Shown here: positions 8,098 through 16,688 of the stretch, piece after piece
Numbering within the stretch: the stretch's first letter is position 1
How the letters are laid out: the number at the start of each line of letters is the position of its first letter
NCBI GenBank assembly: GCA_963780745.1
Contig: CAWACT010000010.1
Location: forward strand, 49,318 to 113,317
DNA length: 64,000 bases
Reading direction: 5' to 3'
Source of the DNA: an uncultured Actinomycetes bacterium
GTDB lineage: Bacteria > Actinomycetota > Acidimicrobiia > Spongiisociales > DATADW01
Notes under the pieces: generated by a model
Database searches by the model: none
Seen by the model: only the letters and a program-made list of their open reading frames with translations
Told to the model about the DNA's origin: nothing
Made by a program: the position numbers and the translations under genes

Positions 8098-8814
8098 CTG
8101 CTGTGCCGCCGCTAGTTGGTGGTCGGGGTTGGCCTTGATGTACCGCATGTTTGGCCCCTTGACCATCTCGGCGTGGACGATGTAACGCTCCTGGGCGGAG
8201 AACTCTGGATGGCAGGTGGTGAGGGTGAGCCACCCACCGGAGCGGGGATCGGTCACCCAGATGTCGGTCGGCTCCACTACCAGGGTTTCGCGCACCTCAT
8301 ACACGTGACGTCCCACCGCGCTCACCACGACGATCTTGTCGCCTTCTCCCAACTCGTCGATCCGGTTGAAGGGGGCGCCATACGTGGTGCGGTGCCCGCT
8401 CATCACGGCGTTACCGGGTTGGCCGGGGAGCGGGGTCCACGGCATGTGACCGGGCCCGAGTTGGAGCGTAGGGACATCCACACCCTCGAAAACGACCTCT
8501 TCCACCTCGATCGACGGTATCCGGACCTCCGCGAAGGCCGTGCCCGGCTCGGGTGCGTCCTCGGTGAACAACTCCGCAGGAGGGATGACCACCTTGTTGG
8601 GACGCGGGTTGGCATCGGGCTGGCCGGAGGGGGTGACTTCGGCCTCACCCTCGGCCTCGACCTCGGCAAGCCTGATTGCAAGCTGGCGCGCGCCCTCCTG
8701 CTGGCCTCGCGCTGCGGCGAGGTCGGTATACCAGTACTGGTAGGCGAGGAAGCCGAGCACAACCAGCCCGGCAGCCATCAACCCCCAGCCGATGACGCGG
8801 ATCCTTTTCTTCAT
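8092..8814 (-). CDS. Class E sortase
   Basis: N-terminal TM, catalytic TLTTCHP motif, HRTTYGAPF. Confidence 0.85.
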   Translation of the reverse strand: MKKRIRVIGWGLMAAGLVVLGFLAYQYWYTDLAAARGQQEGARQLAIRLAEVEAEGEAEVTPSGQPDANPRPNKVVIPPAELFTEDAPEPGTAFAEVRIPSIEVEEVVFEGVDVPTLQLGPGHMPWTPLPGQPGNAVMSGHRTTYGAPFNRIDELGEGDKIVVVSAVGRHVYEVRETLVVEPTDIWVTDPRSGGWLTLTTCHPEFSAQERYIVHAEMVKGPNMRYIKANPDHQLAAAQQG

Positions 8815-8857
8815 CGGTCAATGAAAGTTATCAGCTTATGGGCGCAAGTCCATGGGC

Positions 8858-9625
8858 TCACCGGCCCATCCACTGCGGCGACCGCTTCTCCAAGAAGGCC
8901 CGGACCCCCTCGGCGGCGTCATCGGTCGAGGCCACCGACGTCAGCCCGGCTTGGAGATGATCGAGCGCCTCGTCGAAACCCAGGTCGTCGACGGCGTAGA
9001 AGGCGTCGCGTCCCAGCCGGAGGATGATGGGGCTCTTGGCGGCGAGTTGGGCCACCAGGGCATCGACTTCGTCATCAAGCCGATCGGCAGGCACCACCCT
9101 CGAGACCGCCCCCAACGCCTTCGCCTCGGCGGCGTCGATCAGACGTCCGGTCAGCATCAGCTCCAGCACTGCTCGACGAGGCATGCAGCGGACGAGGACG
9201 GCGCCGATCATCATCGGCCACAACCCGACGTCGATCTCAGGGGTCCCAAAGCGGGCCTGCTCTACCGCCACGACGATGTCGCAGGCCGCCGCCAGCCCGA
9301 ATCCACCGGCGAGGGCGTGCCCGTTGACCCGGGCGATCGTTGGCTTTCCCAGTCGGCGCATCAGGCGGAGCACGTCGGCAAAGGCACCGCGCTGGTGATG
9401 GAGCTCGAGAGGCTTGTCGAAGAACCCACCTGCGAGATCCCCACCAGCCGAGAAGGCGCGGTCGCCTGCGCCAGTGACGACCACCACCCGGACCATCCGG
9501 TCAGCGGCGGCGGTGCCGAGGGCATCGCGCAGCTCCTCCATCACGGGGAGCGACAGCGGATTGCGCCTCTCGGGATCGTCGATGATCAGCCAGGCGGCCG
9601 GTCCACGCACCTCATAGCGAATCAT
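8858..9625 (-). CDS. Enoyl-CoA hydratase/isomerase family protein
   Basis: Crotonase signature VVVVTGAGDRAFSAGGDL ... ARVNGHALAGGFGLAAACD; ATG 9625 (MIRYEV). Confidence 0.85.
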   Translation of the reverse strand: MIRYEVRGPAAWLIIDDPERRNPLSLPVMEELRDALGTAAADRMVRVVVVTGAGDRAFSAGGDLAGGFFDKPLELHHQRGAFADVLRLMRRLGKPTIARVNGHALAGGFGLAAACDIVVAVEQARFGTPEIDVGLWPMMIGAVLVRCMPRRAVLELMLTGRLIDAAEAKALGAVSRVVPADRLDDEVDALVAQLAAKSPIILRLGRDAFYAVDDLGFDEALDHLQAGLTSVASTDDAAEGVRAFLEKRSPQWMGR

Positions 9626-9695
9626 TGCGCGCTCTCGCTCGGCGGCTGACAACGCTACTTGCCACAACACCCCCAGCCGGGGCTACCGTGCGCGC

Positions 9696-10286
9696 ATGGT
9701 TCTCGTGCTGGCAGTCTCGCTGGTGGGGATGGCAGTGGCGCTGGCGCGCGGCGGCAGGTTCCGCAACCTGAGCGATGTCCGGATCAAACAGTGGTGGCTG
9801 CTCCCGCTGGCATTCGCCCTCCAACTCGCCGCCGAGGTGGTGCCAGATCTCGCCGGTTGGTCGCGGGGCGTGACGCTGTCGCTGCTGCTCGGGTCGTACG
9901 TCCCGCTGCTCATTCTGGTGGCACTCAACCGAAGCAGACCGGGGATGTGGCTGGTCGGCGTCGGCATCCTGATGAACTTCACGGTGATCGTTGCCAATGG
10001 TGGTATGCCGGTGCTCAGCGAGGCGGCATACGTCGCCGGGGGCACCAACGTAGACGCCGATATCATCGCCAGCACCAAGCACGTCTTGCTCGATACGTCG
10101 ACGGTGCTGCCGTTCCTCGGCGACGTGATCCCACTCAGGCTGTTCGGGTATGGCCAGGTCATATCGCTCGGCGACGTGTTCCTCGCCGTCGGTCTCGCAC
10201 GGGTACTCGAACACGAGCTTCGTCAGCCGGTGCGGTGGTTCAAGCATGGGGCGCGCACCGAGGCCGGATCGGCTGCAAGGCGGTGA
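9696..10286 (+). CDS. Integral membrane protein, DUF5317-like (family recalled from memory)
   Basis: 4-5 TM segments, MNFTVIVANGGMPV motif. Confidence 0.5.
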   Translation: MVLVLAVSLVGMAVALARGGRFRNLSDVRIKQWWLLPLAFALQLAAEVVPDLAGWSRGVTLSLLLGSYVPLLILVALNRSRPGMWLVGVGILMNFTVIVANGGMPVLSEAAYVAGGTNVDADIIASTKHVLLDTSTVLPFLGDVIPLRLFGYGQVISLGDVFLAVGLARVLEHELRQPVRWFKHGARTEAGSAARR

Positions 10287-11881
10287 ACGGCGCCGCTCCC
10301 GGAGCGCCGCTCCAGGCTTCTGGGAAGGGCGATGCAGCGGTTACACCCCACCACTTGGCGACGGCTGCTGCTGTAGCTGCTCTTGCTGCCGGGGGCAATG
10401 CGATCGACGCCGCCATCGCCGCAGATGCCGTCCTAGGGGTGGTCGCCCCAGAGACCTGCGGGATCGGGGGGGACCTTTTCGCTCTGGTGCACCGTCCCGG
10501 GGACCGAGCCCCGGCGGCGCTCAACGCATCGGGACGCGCCGGATCGGGAGTTGATGCCCGGGCAATGCGAGATGAGGGCCACGCCGAGATCCCATGGGAC
10601 CACCCGGCCACGGCCACGGTCCCTGGATGCGTCGACGGTTGGGTGGCGCTCAACGAGCGTTTCGGCGACCTGCCACTCGAGAGCATCCTCGCCGGCGCCA
10701 TTGTGCTCGCCGAGGACGGGTTCGAGGCATCGGAGGAGTTGGTGGCGTCGTTACGCCGTCTCGAGCCGATGCTGCGGATGCAAGCCGCCGCCGCCGGGCT
10801 CTACCCGGGCGGGACCGCTCCTGCACCGGGTGATCGACTCCGACGCCCGGGGCTCGGGAAGACATTGAGCACGATCGCTGAGGTCGGCCGTGATGGCTTC
10901 TACCACGGCAGGACCGCTGAAGCGGTGTGCGCCGCCACTGACGGGCTCGTCACCGCCGAAGACATGGCGGCAAGCCGGCCCGAATGGGTGGATCCGATAT
11001 CGCTCCAGGTCCTCGGGCTGATTGGGTGGACTTTCCCGCCCAACTCCCAGGGATACCTCGTCCTGGCCGGTCTCTGGTTGCTAGAGAGGCTGGGGACCCC
11101 AGCGAACCTCGACGATCCGGCCTTCTGGCACGCCCAGGTCGAGGCGTACCGAGCGGCAGCCTGGGACAGGGACGACCTCGTTGCCGACCCGGCGAGGGCC
11201 CCGGTCGACCCGGAGCAGTTGCTGGACCCGGTTCGTCTGGCCGACCGCTTGGAGGCGATCTCCCCCGACCGGGTGGCGAACTGGCCCTCCCCCAGGAAAG
11301 TGCCGTCAGGCACGGCGTACCTGTGCGTCGTGGACCGCCACGGCACAGGGGTCTCCTTCATCCAGTCCAACTTCATGGGGATCGGGTCGGGCATCGGTGC
11401 AGGGGAAGCAGGGTTCTTCCTCCACAACCGCGGCGCCGGGTTCGATCTGCGTCCCGGGTCGCCCAACGAGCTGGCACCAGGAATGCGGCCGCTCCACACT
11501 CTTTCGCCCACGCTCTGGACCGATGCCGAGGGAGACCTCGCCATGGTGTTGGGGACCAGGGGCGGCCACCATCAACCGCAGTTGCTGATCCAGATGGCAG
11601 CGCATCTCTTGCTGGGCGGCATGTCGCCCGCCGAGGCGCAGCACGCCCCCCGCTGGGAGATCGCACCCGCCGGCTTTGGGGATGCCACCTCGCTCGGGGT
11701 CGAGCCCTCGACTCCAGCCGATGTGGTGGAGGGCCTACGGCAACGCGGCCACGATGTCGAGGTGGCCGACGAGAGTCAACCGGGGTGGGGGCCGGTGTCG
11801 GTGATCACCGTCGACAGTGATGGTGTCCGCACTGCAGCCGCTGACCCCAGGGTGGCGACCGCAAACGCGGTGATCGGCTGA
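10283..11881 (+). CDS. ggt: Gamma-glutamyltransferase
   Basis: GTG 10283 overlaps upstream stop (GTGA); GIGGDLF, autoprocessing GTAYLCVVD, SNFMGIGSG; the upstream 208 codons of track ORF 9659..11881 are discounted. Confidence 0.85.
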   Translation: MNGAAPGAPLQASGKGDAAVTPHHLATAAAVAALAAGGNAIDAAIAADAVLGVVAPETCGIGGDLFALVHRPGDRAPAALNASGRAGSGVDARAMRDEGHAEIPWDHPATATVPGCVDGWVALNERFGDLPLESILAGAIVLAEDGFEASEELVASLRRLEPMLRMQAAAAGLYPGGTAPAPGDRLRRPGLGKTLSTIAEVGRDGFYHGRTAEAVCAATDGLVTAEDMAASRPEWVDPISLQVLGLIGWTFPPNSQGYLVLAGLWLLERLGTPANLDDPAFWHAQVEAYRAAAWDRDDLVADPARAPVDPEQLLDPVRLADRLEAISPDRVANWPSPRKVPSGTAYLCVVDRHGTGVSFIQSNFMGIGSGIGAGEAGFFLHNRGAGFDLRPGSPNELAPGMRPLHTLSPTLWTDAEGDLAMVLGTRGGHHQPQLLIQMAAHLLLGGMSPAEAQHAPRWEIAPAGFGDATSLGVEPSTPADVVEGLRQRGHDVEVADESQPGWGPVSVITVDSDGVRTAAADPRVATANAVIG

Positions 11882-13960
11882 TCAGTCCCAATCGACTGCG
11901 ACAACCTGGACCGGTGCGTCGATGCCCTTCAACCCCGCTTCCCTCGGGGCTGAGGTCGTAATCCGCTGACGCCGTCGAGCGTGTCGACCGTCGCCAGGAT
12001 CTCTCCACCCTGTGCCAGACGCAGCCACACGGGCGGCGGCATGGACTCCGACACCCGAGTAGTCCGACCCGTGACGATTGGCTTCGGCGGCATGGAGGCC
12101 GATGCGCACCATCGGGGCGAAGCCGGTGGAGCGACGGTGCTCGGCGAGCCGCCTCTGGACGGCAACGGCGGCATCGACGGCAGAGGCCGATGTCTCGAAG
12201 GCGACGAAAAACCCATCACCCGTCGAGTTCACCACCTCACCACCGTGGGCGACGAACAACTCGCGCAGCGTTTCGTCGTGCCAGCGGAGCAACTGGTCCC
12301 ACGACTGGTCGCCCAACAGCTCGGCGAGGTTGGTCGAGCCGACGATGTCGGTGAAGACAAACGTGCGCCGGGTCTGGGTGGGTCCGCTCCGACGCGCCGA
12401 CACCGCTGCGATCTCGGCGGCAACAGCATCGGCGTCCCGCTTGGCGCCGAGTGTGTCCAGATCCTTGAACGCAGCGTCGAGCTCCAGGTCGGCCTGGTCA
12501 TCGTCGTGGACCGCCCGAAGGGCTTTGGCCAGCAGCTGGCGTGAAATGGCCGTCTCGTATGGCGCCATGACACTTCCCCAAAGCACGATGGCGGCGCGCA
12601 ACCGGGCGGCGGCTCCGACCGGATCACCCTCGGCAAGGAGAACCCTCCCCCATGCAAGCTCCCGCTCCGCCTGCCTGGCCACCGTGTCGAACGTCTCTAC
12701 GAGCCCGTCCAATTCCTCGGCGGCCTCGCGGGCGATCGCATGCTCACCGGCGGCGATAGCGATCTCGACCTGGATGGGGAGCATGCGCGTCCTGGTCCAT
12801 TGGTCCCAGGACTTCTCCTGGAGCGCTGACCTGATCCCTGCAGCCGCGGTACGGGTATTCCCCTGGGCCAGCCTTATCAACGAGAGGAGCGGCTGCGTTG
12901 AGTGGCCGAGAGCATGCGATTGGCGCAGTGCCTCCTCTGCCGCCTCAAGATTTCCCCTGCGGAAGCGCAAGACGGCCAGGGCGTAAAAGCCGTCGGCCCG
13001 TGGTGGGGTGGCGTTGTACGCCTCGAGCTCGCGGGTGGCGCGTTCCAACTCGGCCTCGGCCTGGTCCCAGGCTCCCGACATCGCAACCACCTCGGCACGG
13101 TGGACACGGCAGATCCCGGGGAAGCCGGAGATCGACTGCTTCTCACACCACTTCTCGGTGGCTTGAGTCCACTCCCCGGCGCGCACGTAGTCGGTCAGGT
13201 CGCGGCAGGCGGAGATCATGTTGCAGTAGGTGATCCCGGTCACCAGTGGCGACAGCTCACCGTTGACTGCGGCGACCGAAGCCTCCTCGAGTAACTGGAA
13301 GCCGTCCACAACGGCGCCGCCGGCGATCCTCAACGTTCCGAGCGTGACGAGGGCCATCGCCTCCAAGTCGGCGTCGCCGGTTTCGGTGCCGATCCTCACC
13401 GCCTCCTCGGCCAGCCCGATCGCCTCTTCAACGTTTCCCTCGATGCGAGCCATACCGGACTTGCTCAGCGACAGGTAGCCATGGGCGGGACCCTCCGGCT
13501 CTCCGGTAATCAAGCGTTCACCGCGCCGCAACCAGGCGCCTGCGATCGAGCCTTGGCCCTTGTAGGCGTACTGCCTGGCAAGATCGACCGACGTCTTCGC
13601 GGCTTGGGCGCGTTCTCCATCGGAAACGAAGACTTTGAAAGCCCGCTCAAATGACTCGATCATGAGATCGACCTGGCCGGTGAACCAGGCAGCCTCAGCC
13701 ATCCTCTTCAGATCGAGGCCCGAGAGCTCGGTTTGCTCGTCCGCAGTGGTGAAGAGGTCGAGGGCCTCCTGCCAGGCATGCCTATTGAGTGAGTCCCGGG
13801 CGGCAGTCAGCGCGTCGGGCGCAGCGGTGTCGACAACAGACAGATCGGTCCCTTTCCTCGCCTGGATTCTCCCACGGCGGGGACGATGGAGGGGACAGAA
13901 GCCATGCGTACCATCCGACGAGTGGTGGATCACGATGTCACGCTGCTCCTCGTCCGGCAC
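11882..13960 (-). CDS. TPR-like sensor domain fused to class III adenylate/guanylate cyclase; catalytic domain carries a compensated double frameshift
   Basis: RTFVFTDIVGSTNLAE...NSTGDGFFVAF...VRIGLHAAEA cyclase motifs; conserved LAQGGEILATVDTL appears only in the alternative frame (ORF 11929..12219). Confidence 0.75.
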   Translation of the reverse strand: MPDEEQRDIVIHHSSDGTHGFCPLHRPRRGRIQARKGTDLSVVDTAAPDALTAARDSLNRHAWQEALDLFTTADEQTELSGLDLKRMAEAAWFTGQVDLMIESFERAFKVFVSDGERAQAAKTSVDLARQYAYKGQGSIAGAWLRRGERLITGEPEGPAHGYLSLSKSGMARIEGNVEEAIGLAEEAVRIGTETGDADLEAMALVTLGTLRIAGGAVVDGFQLLEEASVAAVNGELSPLVTGITYCNMISACRDLTDYVRAGEWTQATEKWCEKQSISGFPGICRVHRAEVVAMSGAWDQAEAELERATRELEAYNATPPRADGFYALAVLRFRRGNLEAAEEALRQSHALGHSTQPLLSLIRLAQGNTRTAAAGIRSALQEKSWDQWTRTRMLPIQVEIAIAAGEHAIAREAAEELDGLVETFDTVARQAERELAWGRVLLAEGDPVGAAARLRAAIVLWGSVMAPYETAISRQLLAKALRAVHDDDQADLELDAAFKDLDTLGAKRDADAVAAEIAAVSARRSGPTQTRRTFVFTDIVGSTNLAELLGDQSWDQLLRWHDETLRELFVAHGGEVVNSTGDGFFVAFETSASAVDAAVAVQRRLAEHRRSTGFAPMVRIGLHAAEANRHGSDYSGVGVHAAARVAASGTGWRDPGDGRHARRRQRITTSAPREAGLKGIDAPVQVVAVDWD

Positions 13961-14611
13961 GGGGAAGCCGAGGGGAACAAGGAGCGACGCTTCATAGGAC
14001 AGTCCGATGTCCCCCTTTCCGAGTTAGGGCGCAGGCAGGCACTGGCCATCGCCGATCGGCTCACCGAGGTGCCCATCGGCCGAATCGTCTCGAGCGACCT
14101 GCAGCGGGCGCGTGACACCGTCAGCCCTCTCGCCGAGATGCTCCAGTTGGCGGTCGAGACCCACAAGGGGCTGCGCGAGATCGAGAACGGAGAGTGGTCG
14201 GGACTGCTCTCCTCCGAGATCGAACAGCTCTGGCCGGAGATGTGGGAGAAGTACCGGCTGGGCGAGGACGTCCCCCGTCCCGGCGGGGAGCGGTGGGCAG
14301 ATGTCCGAGGCAGGGTGGTGGAGACGGTGGCCGGGATCGCCGAGAAGGCGCAGCCCGGCGAGGTGATCGTGGTATCGACCCACGGGGGCCCGGCCCTCCA
14401 ATTGGTGATGTGGGCCGCCGGTGTGACGTGGGACGGCAACATCTTCCGAGGTTCCTTCGGGGCGATCCTCAACGCCTCGATCAGCACCATTCGGCTCCCC
14501 GGGCCGCGTCTGTTGGGTTACAACGACGTCGGGCACCTCGCCGGTGGGCTACTGGCCGAGGTGACGCTCCCGTTTCGGCCCGGTCCGATCACTCCCGGAT
14601 CGCCGAGATGA
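13904..14611 (+). CDS. Histidine phosphatase family protein (start ATG 13904 or GTG 13922/13925)
   Basis: LLLVRHGEAEGN catalytic RHG motif, VVSTHGG second His motif. Confidence 0.8.
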   Translation: MRTIRRVVDHDVTLLLVRHGEAEGNKERRFIGQSDVPLSELGRRQALAIADRLTEVPIGRIVSSDLQRARDTVSPLAEMLQLAVETHKGLREIENGEWSGLLSSEIEQLWPEMWEKYRLGEDVPRPGGERWADVRGRVVETVAGIAEKAQPGEVIVVSTHGGPALQLVMWAAGVTWDGNIFRGSFGAILNASISTIRLPGPRLLGYNDVGHLAGGLLAEVTLPFRPGPITPGSPR

Positions 14612-15605
14612 GTTGCGACCACGAGTCGTCGTTCGGCAGGAAGCCGTCCCCCAGCTCGTAGAAGGTGAGACGGGCCAGCCGATCCTCGTACCGTCGGCGG
14701 ATCGTCTCGCCGACTTCCTCGAGCGGAGCGACAACCGCCACCTGGGCGAGCATCTCGTCGTCGATCAGGTCTCCCATCTCGCCCCAGCGGCCCTGCCTGG
14801 CGAGACCAGAGAGGGAAGATCCGACATCCCAGCCGGCATGCTCCACGACCCGCCGGTAGGAGGGAGTAGAGGCATAGAAAGCGATCTGCCGACGCGCCTG
14901 GGCGGCTGCCGCCGCCATCTCGGAGCCGTCGCGCCCGGTCACCACCATCACCGCAGCGTGCAAACTGATCGCATCGGCCAACCGCCCGGTGCGCTCAGCA
15001 CCGGCGGCCACTGCCGGCTTCACCACTTGGTCGAGGTAGTCGACGGTGTGGAAGGGATGCACCACGAGGCCCTGGCAGAGCTCACCGGCCAGCCGGCACA
15101 TGGCCGGATTGACCGCGGCGATGACCACCGGGATGTCCGGGTGGTCGATCGGCCCAGGGTTGAAGAACGGCGTCATCAGCGAGAGCCGGTAGTGAGTCAC
15201 CCTCGAAGCGCAGAGGAGAGCCCTGCTGCCAAGCGGCCCACACCGCCCTCACGGCCTGGATGTACTCCCTCATCCGCGGCACAGGGGACTCCCATGACCC
15301 GCCAAAACGACGGGTGATGTGCGCCCGAACCTGGCTCCCCAGCCCCAAAGTGAACCGTCCCCCACTGGCTTCGGCGAGGTCCCATGCAATATGCGCGGTG
15401 ATAGTCGGCGAACGTGGGAAGGCGACTGCGATCGCCGTCTCCAGGTCGAGGCTCGGGGCCGCCATGCTGGACACGGCCAGTGCCAGGAAGGGATCGTGCG
15501 ACGTCTCGGCCGCAGCCACGCCGTCGAAACCAACCCGCTCCGCCCACCGCGCCTTCTCGAAGACACGGCTCAGCGAGCCGGGGGAAGGGTGCAGTCGATC
15601 CTCAT
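14589..15605 (-). pseudogene. LLM-class (luciferase-like) F420-dependent oxidoreductase, two frame breaks (~15580 in a C5 run, ~15192)
   Basis: MRIDCTL (ATG 15605, ATGA overlap with upstream stop) -> SPGSLSRVFEKARWAERVGFDG (ORF 15082..15669) -> HYRLSLMTPFFNPGP (ORF 14589..15200). Confidence 0.75.
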
Positions 15606-16252
15606 GCCGGTGGGGCTTGCTGTTTGGCCGCCATGTAGGCCTCGCCCCTGGGCGACAGTCGGTACCCACGCTCCAGGCTCAAGGTCAGCCCAAGCTCCTT
15701 GAGCTTGCGCACGTTGCGCTTGAACACATCCCGCTCGACCTGCAGCGACCCAGCGAGGTCGGCGGCGCGAACCGCCGGGCCCTCCGCTACGGCGGCGAGC
15801 GCCGAGGTGGTCCACGGTCCTTGGTGCGAGGCCTTGTCGAGCCGGGCCAATCGTCGGTCGATCTGCTCGATGTCGCTCGGATCGAGGTCTGCCGACTCCG
15901 ACAGGACCTGGCGAGGATCGGGGCCGTCCACCTTGTGGAAACGCACCCGGTATACGGGAAACGCTGGATCCCCCCTCAGGTCGGCCACAAGCTCCGCAGC
16001 CGACACGTACCCAGCCGGTTGGGCATCACGTTCATCGATGTCAGCGACCTGCTCCACCGAGTCGACCTCGATGATCCCGCCCGCCGTCCGGTACCTTCGG
16101 CCGGCCAGAACCCGCGCCCGCTCCCAGCGCCGAAATGCGGCGGTTACCGACCCCGCTGCGATCCCGTCCCAGAACCTCTTTGGGAACAGCACCATGGCGA
16201 CCATAGGCTGCCGAACGGCCGCTACAGCCGGACTGTCTACCATTCCTACCAA
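15602..16252 (-). CDS. Hypothetical protein, ASCH-like N-terminal domain plus wHTH-like C-terminus (start uncertain)
   Basis: FPKRFWDGIAAGSVTAAFRRWERARV resembles ASCH; stop overlaps the LLM start (ATGA). Confidence 0.5.
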   Translation of the reverse strand: MVGMVDSPAVAAVRQPMVAMVLFPKRFWDGIAAGSVTAAFRRWERARVLAGRRYRTAGGIIEVDSVEQVADIDERDAQPAGYVSAAELVADLRGDPAFPVYRVRFHKVDGPDPRQVLSESADLDPSDIEQIDRRLARLDKASHQGPWTTSALAAVAEGPAVRAADLAGSLQVERDVFKRNVRKLKELGLTLSLERGYRLSPRGEAYMAAKQQAPPA

Positions 16253-16377
16253 CCCATGGAAGACGCGATCACCGAGGAATCCCAGGTCGCCGACGAACCT
16301 GGCGAGGGATCGGGGGAGCGTGGCGGGCGGCGCGGCTCATAGGTCTTCTCGCCGGTATTGCCGCTCTGGTATGGGCG

Positions 16378-16674
16378 ATGCGCGACCGCTTCATCTCCCT
16401 GGTTGTGCCGCGCGAGCCCGAACCGCCTACCTTCCGGGTGGCGCCGCCCCCACCGCCAGCACCAACGGGTCTCGAGCCAGGAAACGAAGACTTGACAGTC
16501 ATCGCAGGGATCGGACCCGTCTATCAGAGCCGGCTCCACTCGGCCGGGTTCGACACGGTGGCGGCTGTTGCCGAGGCTTCACCCGATAAGTTGGCGAGCG
16601 CCGCCCAGGTCCCCGTGGGGCGTGCCACCGAGTGGGTGAGAAAGGCGGCGGCTGTGACCGCCAAGAACGGCTGA
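16378..16674 (+). CDS. Helix-hairpin-helix small protein (possibly longer, see findings)
   Basis: LTVIAGIGPVYQSRLHSAGFDTVAAVAEASPDKLA HhH-like motif after a Pro-rich linker. Confidence 0.5.
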   Translation: MRDRFISLVVPREPEPPTFRVAPPPPPAPTGLEPGNEDLTVIAGIGPVYQSRLHSAGFDTVAAVAEASPDKLASAAQVPVGRATEWVRKAAAVTAKNG

Positions 16675-16688
16675 GACCCAGCGTCGTC

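Noticed and set aside
9659-10282. 208-codon N-terminal extension of the GGT ORF
   Set aside because: It overlaps the membrane-protein gene 9696..10286 in another frame and is Arg-rich. GTG 10283, with a GTGA overlap, gives a normal GGT N-terminus.
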